Source: Candidatus Omnitrophota bacterium
Lineage (GTDB): Bacteria > Omnitrophota > Gorgyraeia > Zapsychrales > Zapsychraceae
Reading direction: 5' to 3'
Assembly: GCA_029567025.1 (NCBI GenBank)
Contig: JAKQLT010000082.1
Location: 1-41,624 of the forward strand
DNA: 41,624 nucleotides
The notes below the pieces were generated by a model. The model worked only from the letters and a program-made list of their open reading frames with translations, did no database searches and was not told where the DNA came from. Positions 1 through 7,509 of this stretch are shown here, in pieces; within the stretch, counting starts at the first letter, position 1; every line of letters begins with the position of its first letter. The position numbers and the translations under genes were made by a program.

Positions 1-501
1 GAGAACATTGTTGAGGAAAAAGCAATCGATTTGTTGGCCTTGTTTCAGCCCATGGCCGGGGACTTTCGTTTTATTACAACAGGAATGCATATTAACGCAA
101 AATTAGAGCGTATAGCGGACTTGACTGTTAATATTTGCCAGCGTGTTTTAGAAATCGCGGATAAACCACTTTTAAAACCGCTTATTGATACGCCCCAATT
201 GGCCGAACAAGCTAAAGGGATGGTTCGTAATGCGATTAATGCGTTTGTTCGTCGAGATGAACAGTTAGCCAAGGATGTTATTTTTTCAGATGAGAAGGCC
301 AATAATTTGCGGACAGCTATTATTAAGGAATTGATATATGATTATATGGTTAAAGATGGGACAACAGCGCCTCAAGCAGTTCCGCTTATTTTAGTCGCGC
401 GCGATTTGGAACGTATTTGCGATAATGCGGCTTCCATTGCGGAAGATGTCATTTATATGATTCAAGCCAAAGTTGTCAAACATCATCGAGAGTTATTGTA
501 A
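1..501 (+). CDS. phoU: Phosphate-uptake regulator PhoU, C-terminal part (5' end outside window)
   Basis: Frame 1 is open from base 1 (ENIVEEKAIDLLALFQP...), so the Met at 31 is internal. It has PhoU-type helical repeats with LERIADLTVNI and LERICDNAASIAED signatures. The stop is at 499-501. Confidence 0.85.
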   Translation, partial: ENIVEEKAIDLLALFQPMAGDFRFITTGMHINAKLERIADLTVNICQRVLEIADKPLLKPLIDTPQLAEQAKGMVRNAINAFVRRDEQLAKDVIFSDEKANNLRTAIIKELIYDYMVKDGTTAPQAVPLILVARDLERICDNAASIAEDVIYMIQAKVVKHHRELL

Positions 502-509
502 AATATAAT

Positions 510-538
510 TTGACAAAGAAGCTTTCATAGTCCATACT
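510..538 (+). promoter_or_regulatory. Candidate sigma70-type promoter (TTGACA-17 nt-CATACT)
   Basis: A perfect -35 hexamer lies at 510-515 and a weak -10 at 533-538. It sits 9 nt after the phoU stop and upstream of the hairpin at 581-619. Confidence 0.3.
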
Positions 539-580
539 CTGTTTCGAATAAATAAGAAGGACGAAGGAAAAGAAAACTTT

Positions 581-619
581 AAGCCGTAAGGTGAAGTCAC
601 TTGCCTTGCGGTTTTTTTA
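581..619 (+). terminator. Rho-independent terminator-like hairpin (phoU terminator or csp leader element)
   Basis: The stem CCGTAAGG (584-591) pairs with CCTTGCGG (604-611), including one G-U pair. It is extended by flanking A/T pairs and followed by a T7 run at 612-618. Confidence 0.6.
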
Positions 620-656
620 TAGTGTGACAAAAAATTAAGGAAAGGAGGATACAATT

Positions 657-857
657 ATGGCAAAAGGTAAAGTCAAATGGTTTAATGACCAAAAAGGTTT
701 TGGTTTTATTACACCTGAAAATGGCAAAGATGTTTTTGTTCATCATTCTGCGATTCAGGGTGAAGGATATAAATCATTAGCTGAAGGACAAGATGTCGAA
801 TTCGATATTGTTAAAGGTCCTAAGGGCGAACAAGCTCAAAATGTTGTAAAATTATAA
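657..857 (+). CDS. csp: Cold-shock protein, CspA family (66 aa)
   Basis: The sequence [14 protein letters not shown] (RNP1-like) and VFVHHSAI (RNP2-like) marks a classic cold-shock domain of typical length. An AAGGAAAGGAGG ribosome-binding site lies 6-17 nt upstream. Confidence 0.95.
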   Translation: MAKGKVKWFNDQKGFGFITPENGKDVFVHHSAIQGEGYKSLAEGQDVEFDIVKGPKGEQAQNVVKL

Positions 858-861
858 AAGT

Positions 862-905
862 AAAGGGCTTAAGCGTATGCTTTTAGCCCTTTCTTTTTCT
901 TCTTT
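862..905 (+). terminator. Rho-independent terminator after csp
   Basis: AAAGGGCT (862-869) pairs with AGCCCTTT (885-892). An inner AAGC/GCTT stem is present, and a T-rich tail follows. Confidence 0.7.
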
Positions 906-989
906 TTAGGCCAAATGAAACAATTCTCCTCGTTAGGAATTTTTCATTCGTTAAAATAAGTCTTTTAGAAAGATTCAATATATATAATA

Positions 990-2432
990 ATGACACAGTC
1001 TATTTTAAAAGAAAATTTTTCTTCCTTGTCTCATTCGACTCCGCAGGGTTTTTATGGCCTTGGAATTGCGCCGAAGATATTAAATATTTTGGAAAGAATT
1101 AATTTTAAAGTTCCAACACCGATCCAATTAAAGGCGATTCCTCTTGCGCTTGAAGGTAAAGATCTTATTGGAATTGCTCAAACAGGAACAGGAAAGACTC
1201 ATTCTTTTGCTATTCCGATGATTCAGCGGTTGGAACAAATGAAGGGAAAAGGCTTAGTGGTTGCGCCAACACGAGAATTAGCCATTCAGATAGATGAGGC
1301 GTATAAATCATTGGCAGGTGCATTTGGGATGAAAACAGCTTGTTTAATTGGCGGCGCATCGATGCGAGATCAGATTCATGCATTACGTCGTATGCCACGA
1401 ATCATTGTTGCGACGCCGGGACGGCTTTTGGATCATGTCCAACAACGCACTGTAGTGCTTAATGATGTTTTTGTATTCGTTTTGGATGAAGCTGACAGAA
1501 TGCTTGATATGGGGTTTGAGCCGCAGATAAAAGAAATTTTGAATTTAATTCCTCGCGACAGACAAACATTGCTTTTTTCCGCTACTATTCCCAAAGAGAT
1601 TATGGATATTGCGGCGCGGCATATGAAAACGCCTATTTCTGTTGAGATCGCACCGTCGGGAACCGCGGCTCAACATGTCACCCATGAAGTTTTTATTATT
1701 CCTAAAGAGGCTAAGATAAAACTTTTGGGAAAATTATTAGAACAATATCATGGGCCTATTTTATTGTTTTCTCGCACCAAACATAATACCAAAAGGCTTG
1801 TTCGGGATATTCGTGCGATGGGTATTCGTTCGGCTGAAATGCATTCGGATCGATCATTAAGTCAAAGACGAGAAGCCTTAGATGGTTTTAAATCCGGACG
1901 TTATCGTGTCCTTGTCGCGACTGATATTGCGGCTCGAGGGATTGATGTTTCGGGGATTGAAGTGGTGATTAATTATGATTTGCCGGATGAAGCTGAAAAT
2001 TATGTGCATCGTATTGGCCGCACAGGCCGTGCGGGTCATAAAGGTCATGCTATTTCTTTTGCCACTCCCGATCAACGTCGCGATATTCGTAATATTGAAC
2101 AATTGATTAAAGCGACACTGCCGGTTACTAAACACCCTGAATATTCAGTTGCTTCGTTTGATAAACCACAGCGTCATGAATTTTCTGCGCGTAGGCGGTC
2201 GTCAGGCGGTTCGAGGCGCCCTTTTTCAAGGCGTTATAGCGGTGGGAGTGCGCGGCATTTTTCAAAGCCGGAAAAATTTTCCGTATCGTACGGCTCTAAA
2301 GAATTTAATTCTCAAAAGAAATTTTTTAGCCGTCCCCAAAAAGCAGGGCAAGAAAAATCCGCGCCTAATTTCATTCCACGACAAAAACTTTACGGCCGAG
2401 AGAGACAAAGAAGTTTTAAGCTGAAATTTTAA
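990..2432 (+). CDS. DEAD-box ATP-dependent RNA helicase (RhlE/CshA-like) with a basic Arg/Ser-rich C-terminal tail
   Basis: Helicase motifs are all present: Q motif FKVPTPIQ, motif I AQTGTGKT, Ia PTRELA, II VLDEADRM, III SAT, V ARGIDV and VI HRIGRTGRAG. The last ~95 aa are low-complexity (RRRSSGGSRRPFSRRYSGGSARHF...). Confidence 0.93.
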   Translation: MTQSILKENFSSLSHSTPQGFYGLGIAPKILNILERINFKVPTPIQLKAIPLALEGKDLIGIAQTGTGKTHSFAIPMIQRLEQMKGKGLVVAPTRELAIQIDEAYKSLAGAFGMKTACLIGGASMRDQIHALRRMPRIIVATPGRLLDHVQQRTVVLNDVFVFVLDEADRMLDMGFEPQIKEILNLIPRDRQTLLFSATIPKEIMDIAARHMKTPISVEIAPSGTAAQHVTHEVFIIPKEAKIKLLGKLLEQYHGPILLFSRTKHNTKRLVRDIRAMGIRSAEMHSDRSLSQRREALDGFKSGRYRVLVATDIAARGIDVSGIEVVINYDLPDEAENYVHRIGRTGRAGHKGHAISFATPDQRRDIRNIEQLIKATLPVTKHPEYSVASFDKPQRHEFSARRRSSGGSRRPFSRRYSGGSARHFSKPEKFSVSYGSKEFNSQKKFFSRPQKAGQEKSAPNFIPRQKLYGRERQRSFKLKF

Positions 2433-2459
2433 TTTCAAAAATTTCCTTAAAAAAGATTA

Positions 2460-2488
2460 TTGTTATAAAGATTAATTTGTTATACAAT
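2460..2488 (+). promoter_or_regulatory. Candidate sigma70-type promoter (TTGTTA-17 nt-TACAAT)
   Basis: The -35 lies at 2460-2465 and the -10 at 2483-2488, with an exact 17-nt spacer. It sits in the 281-nt gap between the helicase and the DUF1846 gene. Confidence 0.4.
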
Positions 2489-2610
2489 GACTTCATTGTT
2501 TTTCATGTAGTTTTTTTATTTTAAAAAAGAGCGTTGGTGTTCTCTTTTAAATTCCGAAAGCATAAAGCAATGATGTTTGATGAAGACAGTTATTTTTGTA
2601 TAAATATTTA

Positions 2611-2640
2611 AGGCAAACCTTTTTGGTTTGTCTTTTTTTA
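2611..2640 (+). terminator. Intrinsic terminator/attenuator hairpin inside the leader of the DUF1846-carB operon
   Basis: GGCAAACC (2612-2619) pairs with GGTTTGTC (2625-2632) across a T5 loop, followed by a T7 run at 2633-2639. It lies 74 nt upstream of the DUF1846 start codon. Confidence 0.6.
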
Positions 2641-2713
2641 TCTTTGTTTAGCCACCTTCTGTTTTTTATCCAAGAATTCTAAAAGGCGTTTTATTTTAAA
2701 AAAGGAAAAGCCT

Positions 2714-4231
2714 ATGGTAAAACAAATCGGTTTTGATAATGAAAAATATCTTAAAGAGCAAACAGAAGCTATTCTCGAGCGTGTTAAAAAAATCGGCAAT
2801 AAATTATATTTGGAATTCGGAGGAAAGCTTTTGTTTGATTATCATGCCTCGCGCGTCTTGCCTGGATTTGATCCAAATGTCAAAATGCGTCTTTTACAGC
2901 AATTAAAAGATCAGGCAGATATTGTTTTATGTATTTATGCCGGAGATATTGAGAGACGTAAAGTTCGCGCAGATTTTGGTATTACTTATGATGCGGATGC
3001 TTTAAAGCTTATTGATGACTTAAAAGACAGAGGGATTAGTATTCGTGCGGTTGTGATTACACGTTTTAATGATCAGCCGGCGGCCAAAATTTTTAAGAAT
3101 AAGTTAGAACGCCAAGATATTACTGTTTATACGCATGCCTTTACACGAGGTTATCCGACGGATATTGATGTCATTGTCAGCGATGAAGGTTATGGAGCGA
3201 ATCCTTATATCGAAACAAAAAAAGATCTTGTGATTGTTACAGGACCTGGCCCGGGAAGTGGAAAATTAGCCACCTGTTTATCGCAACTTTATCATGATTA
3301 TCGTAAAGGCGTTAAATCGGGTTATGCTAAATTTGAAACATTTCCTATTTGGAATCTTCCTTTAAAACATCCTGTGAATGTTGCTTATGAGTCTGCTACG
3401 GCGGATATTCGCGATTACAATATGATTGATCCGTTTCATTTGGAAGCCTATCAACAAGTCGCGGTGAATTATAACCGTGATGTTGAGGTTTTCCCGGTGT
3501 TAAAACGTATTTTGGAGAAAATCACAGGAACAGATTCGATGTATTGTTCCCCGACGGATATGGGAGTGAATCGCGTGGGCTTTGGAATCGCCGATGATGA
3601 GGTGGTCCAAGAAGCTTCTCGCCAAGAAGCGATTCGGCGTTATTTTCGTTATGCGTGTGAGTATGTGATGGGATTAGTTGATAAAGAAACTGTTCAGCGG
3701 GCAGAATTAATCATGAAAGAATTAGGCGTACGGCAAGAAGATCGGGCTGTTGTTGGCCCGGCCTATCAGGCGGCGGCTGAAGCCAAAGAACGAGGCAAGG
3801 GGCATGAGAAAATTTTTTGCGGCGCGGCGATTGAATTAGAAGACGGAACCATTATTACAGGAAAAAATTCTGAGAATATGCACGCCGCATCGAGCTTAAT
3901 ATTAAACGCGACGAAACATTTGGCGGATATTCCTGATAAACTTCATTTATTGCCGCGCAATCTTGTTGAATCCGTCGCTAAATTAAAAAAGGAAATTATT
4001 AATAATAAACGCGCGAGTTTGGATTTGGATGAAACCTTGGTCGCTTTAACCATTAGCGCGATGACCAATTCCGCGGCGGAACTCGCTTTAGGAAAACTTA
4101 AAGAATTAAAAGGCTGTGAAGTCCATATGACGCATATTCCAACGCCTGGTGATGAGGCGGGATTAAAAAAGTTAGGGATTAATTTAACGACCGACCCGAA
4201 TTTTGCTTTTGGCGGTCTTTATGAAAATTAA
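2714..4231 (+). CDS. DUF1846 / UPF0371 family protein (505 aa), function unknown
   Basis: It aligns end to end, from memory, with UPF0371 proteins. Shared blocks include GFDNEKYLKEQTEAILERV, KLYLEFGGKL, RVLPGFDPN, TGPGPGSGKLATCLSQLYHD, SGYAKFETFPIWNLPLKHPVN, AYESATADI, FPVLKRILEKI, SPTDMGVN and GKNSE. Confidence 0.85.
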   Translation: MVKQIGFDNEKYLKEQTEAILERVKKIGNKLYLEFGGKLLFDYHASRVLPGFDPNVKMRLLQQLKDQADIVLCIYAGDIERRKVRADFGITYDADALKLIDDLKDRGISIRAVVITRFNDQPAAKIFKNKLERQDITVYTHAFTRGYPTDIDVIVSDEGYGANPYIETKKDLVIVTGPGPGSGKLATCLSQLYHDYRKGVKSGYAKFETFPIWNLPLKHPVNVAYESATADIRDYNMIDPFHLEAYQQVAVNYNRDVEVFPVLKRILEKITGTDSMYCSPTDMGVNRVGFGIADDEVVQEASRQEAIRRYFRYACEYVMGLVDKETVQRAELIMKELGVRQEDRAVVGPAYQAAAEAKERGKGHEKIFCGAAIELEDGTIITGKNSENMHAASSLILNATKHLADIPDKLHLLPRNLVESVAKLKKEIINNKRASLDLDETLVALTISAMTNSAAELALGKLKELKGCEVHMTHIPTPGDEAGLKKLGINLTTDPNFAFGGLYEN

Positions 4232-4249
4232 TGGAGAGAAAGGATTTTT

Positions 4250-7200
4250 ATGGCTGGACGGAAAGATATCAAGAAAATTCTTATTATTGGTTCAGGACCT
4301 ATTATTATCGGCCAGGCTTGTGAATTTGATTATTCTGGAACGCAAGCGTGTAAGGCCCTCAAAGAAGAAGGTTATGAGGTTGTATTGGTCAATTCGAATC
4401 CAGCGACGATTATGACGGACCCGACAACCGCCGATAAAACGTATATTGAGCCTTTAACCGTTGACAGTGTTGCCTCTATTATTGAAAAAGAGCGGCCGGA
4501 TGGAATTTTGCCGAATCTCGGCGGACAAACAGGCCTTAATCTATCTTCCGCTTTAGCTAAAGCCGGTGTTTTAGAAAAATATGGTGTTGAAATTATTGGC
4601 GTTAAACTTGATGCGATTGAGCGCGGAGAAGATAGGATTGCTTTTAAAGAAACAATGGCAAAAATCGGTGTTCCTGTTCCCCAATCCGCTCCGTCTCATT
4701 CTATAGAAGAAGCGGAAAAAATTGCTCAACAAATGGGCTATCCTGTTGTTTTGCGCCCAGCGTATACTTTAGGAGGAACCGGCGGTGGGATTGCCTATAA
4801 TGTTGATGAATTGCGAACTATTGTCCAACGGGGACTTAATGCGAGTTTAGTGCATCAGGTTTTAGTAGAGGAGTGTGTTTTGGGTTGGGAAGAATTAGAG
4901 TTGGAAGTGGTTCGTGATGAAAAAAATGAGAAAATCACTGTTTGTTTTATTGAGAATATTGACGCGATGGGTGTTCATACGGGCGATAGTTTTTGTGCCG
5001 CACCGATGTTAACCGTTCCGTTGGAATTACAAAAACGTCTTCAAGATATTTCTTACAAAATTGTTGATGCGATTGGCGTTGTCGGCGGAACCAATGTGCA
5101 ATTTGCGCATAATTTAAAAGATGATCGAATTGTTGTTATTGAAATTAATCCCAGAACCTCGCGTTCTTCCGCGCTGGCGAGTAAAGCCACGGGTTTTCCT
5201 ATCGCGCGTATTTCAACCAAATTGGCCGCCGGATTAACCATGGATGAAATTCCTTATTGGCGAAAAGGAACATTAGAAAAATATGAACCGTGGGGCGAAT
5301 ATGTAGTTATTAAATTCGCGCGCTGGGCGTTTGAAAAATTTCCTCAAGCCAAAGATGTTTTGGGCACACAGATGAAGGCTGTCGGCGAGGTCATGAGCAT
5401 TGCCAAAGATTTTAAAGAGGCATTTCAGAAATCTATTCGTTCGCTTGAAATTAAACGTTATGGATTAGGCGGGGCAAAAAATTTTAAAGAATTATCTTTA
5501 GAAGAATTAAAAGTAAAACTTGCGAATCCGTCGAGTGAACGGATTTTTTTAATGTATGAAGCGTTACGTAAAGGTATGGGAATAGAAGAGCTTTATCAAA
5601 TGACTTTTATCGGGCGTTGGTTTATTGGAGAAATGAAAGAACTGGTTGATTTTGAAGAAGAATTATTAAAGCTCAAATGGAATAACCTTCCGGATAAAAA
5701 ATTGGCTCAAGCAAAAGAATTAGGTTTTTCTGATAAATATTTAGGGAAACTTTTTAATGTGAGTGAAAAAGAAGTTCGTCAAAAACGAATAGCGATCGGT
5801 AAAACAGTCCGTTATGAGGCAGTGCCGGTCAGCGGTGTTCATAACGCGGCGTATTATTATTCGACGTATAAGGATATTAAAGATGAGGTTTCGGTTTCCG
5901 AAAAAAAGAAAATTATGATTATTGGGGGCGGGCCTAATCGTATCGGGCAAGGCATTGAATTTGATTATTGTTGTTGTCACGCGGCTTATGCGCTTCGTGA
6001 TGCCGGGTATGAATCGATTATGGTTAATTGCAATCCAGAAACAGTCTCGACGGATTATGACACTTCGAATAAACTTTATTTTGAGCCGGTGACCATTGAA
6101 GATGTTTTAAACATTTATGAAAAAGAAAAGCCAGAAGGCGTTATTGTGCAATTTGGTGGACAAACGCCTCTTAATTTAGCGCAAGAATTAAAAGATAATG
6201 GGGTTCATATTTTAGGCACATCGCCGGAAAGTATTCATTTTGCTGAAGATCGCGAACGTTTTCGAGAAAAAATGATGGCATTAAATATTCCGCAACCGGA
6301 AAGCGGCACGGCGCGATCTTTAGAAGAAGCGTTAAAAATTGCCCAAGAGATTGGATATCCTCTCATGGTTCGTCCGTCGTATGTTTTAGGCGGACGCGGT
6401 ATGGAAATTATTTATGATGAAAAAGCTTTAAAGAAATATGCCATTGAAGCGATACAAGTGAGTCCGGAGCATCCGATGTTGATTGACAGATTTTTGGATA
6501 ATGCGCTTGAAGCAGAAGTAGATGCTTTGTCCGACGGCAAAGATGTCTTTGTCGCTTCCGTTATGGAACACATTGAACTTGCTGGCGTTCATTCGGGCGA
6601 TTCGGCGTGTTCTATCCCGAGTCGCACGATCAAAGAAGAACATTTAAAAACGATGGAAAAATACGCGAAGGCCATTGCCAAAGAATTAAAAGTGATTGGT
6701 CTTATGAATATTCAATTCGCTATTTGCGACGATAAAGTTTATATTTTGGAAGCGAATCCGCGAGCCTCGCGCACCGTTCCGATTGTTTCTAAAGTCGCAG
6801 GGATTTCGCTCGCGCGCATTGCGACGCAATTGATGTTAGGGAAAAAATTATCGGATTTCTCCGAGTTAACAAAGATGCCGGCGATTCCTTATATGGGAGT
6901 TAAAGAATCGGTATTTCCTTTTAATATGTTTCCAGAGGTGGATCCTGTTTTAGGCCCGGAAATGAAATCAACCGGCGAAGTTATGGGATTAGCGGACACC
7001 TTTGGCTTGGCTTTTTATAAAGCGCAAGAGGGAGCGGGCTATAAACTTCCTTTAAAAGGAAATGTTCTTTTAACTGTGGCAGAGAAAGATAGAAAATATT
7101 TATTGCCTATTGCAAAAAAGATTCAGCAATTAGGTTTTACGATTTTCGCAACGGAGGGAACAAATAAATTTTTGAATGATCATAAAATAAATAATAATTT

Positions 7201-7462
7201 AATTAAGAAATTACATGAAGGCCGTCCCAATATTAATGATGCTATCAAAAATGGAGAATTGCATTTGATCGTTAATACACCTGCGGGGAAAGCCAGTAAA
7301 TATGATGACAGCTATATTCGTATGTCGGCAATTCAGCGAAAGATTCCTTATGTGACATCTATTGCTGCGGCAGAAGCCACCGTAGCTGGCATTGAAGAAA
7401 CGATAAAAAGTAAACCTGTATTAAAATCTTTGCAGGAGTACCATAAATTAATAAGAAAATAA
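4250..7462 (+). CDS. carB: Carbamoyl-phosphate synthase large subunit
   Basis: The 1070-aa protein has two ATP-grasp halves (IIGSGPIIIGQACEFDYSG and IIGGGPNRIGQGIEFDYCC) and NPRASRT/NPRTSRSS motifs. A C-terminal MGS-like allosteric domain is also present. Confidence 0.97.
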   Translation: MAGRKDIKKILIIGSGPIIIGQACEFDYSGTQACKALKEEGYEVVLVNSNPATIMTDPTTADKTYIEPLTVDSVASIIEKERPDGILPNLGGQTGLNLSSALAKAGVLEKYGVEIIGVKLDAIERGEDRIAFKETMAKIGVPVPQSAPSHSIEEAEKIAQQMGYPVVLRPAYTLGGTGGGIAYNVDELRTIVQRGLNASLVHQVLVEECVLGWEELELEVVRDEKNEKITVCFIENIDAMGVHTGDSFCAAPMLTVPLELQKRLQDISYKIVDAIGVVGGTNVQFAHNLKDDRIVVIEINPRTSRSSALASKATGFPIARISTKLAAGLTMDEIPYWRKGTLEKYEPWGEYVVIKFARWAFEKFPQAKDVLGTQMKAVGEVMSIAKDFKEAFQKSIRSLEIKRYGLGGAKNFKELSLEELKVKLANPSSERIFLMYEALRKGMGIEELYQMTFIGRWFIGEMKELVDFEEELLKLKWNNLPDKKLAQAKELGFSDKYLGKLFNVSEKEVRQKRIAIGKTVRYEAVPVSGVHNAAYYYSTYKDIKDEVSVSEKKKIMIIGGGPNRIGQGIEFDYCCCHAAYALRDAGYESIMVNCNPETVSTDYDTSNKLYFEPVTIEDVLNIYEKEKPEGVIVQFGGQTPLNLAQELKDNGVHILGTSPESIHFAEDRERFREKMMALNIPQPESGTARSLEEALKIAQEIGYPLMVRPSYVLGGRGMEIIYDEKALKKYAIEAIQVSPEHPMLIDRFLDNALEAEVDALSDGKDVFVASVMEHIELAGVHSGDSACSIPSRTIKEEHLKTMEKYAKAIAKELKVIGLMNIQFAICDDKVYILEANPRASRTVPIVSKVAGISLARIATQLMLGKKLSDFSELTKMPAIPYMGVKESVFPFNMFPEVDPVLGPEMKSTGEVMGLADTFGLAFYKAQEGAGYKLPLKGNVLLTVAEKDRKYLLPIAKKIQQLGFTIFATEGTNKFLNDHKINNNLIKKLHEGRPNINDAIKNGELHLIVNTPAGKASKYDDSYIRMSAIQRKIPYVTSIAAAEATVAGIEETIKSKPVLKSLQEYHKLIRK

Positions 7463-7509
7463 AAATTTTTGCAGAGTACCGTTAACGGTTAGAAAGAAAA
7501 GGGATAAAT

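Noticed and set aside
2149-2424. A 91-aa +strand ORF in an alternative frame of the helicase tail. Similar alternative-frame ORFs occur at 4203..4415, 23287..23493, 25014..25238 and 40091..40282.
   Set aside because: They overlap well-supported frames (the helicase C-terminal tail, the carB start, the flippase-like gene, the lipoprotein/mlaF junction, and the coiled-coil/aminotransferase junction). None has an independent signal.
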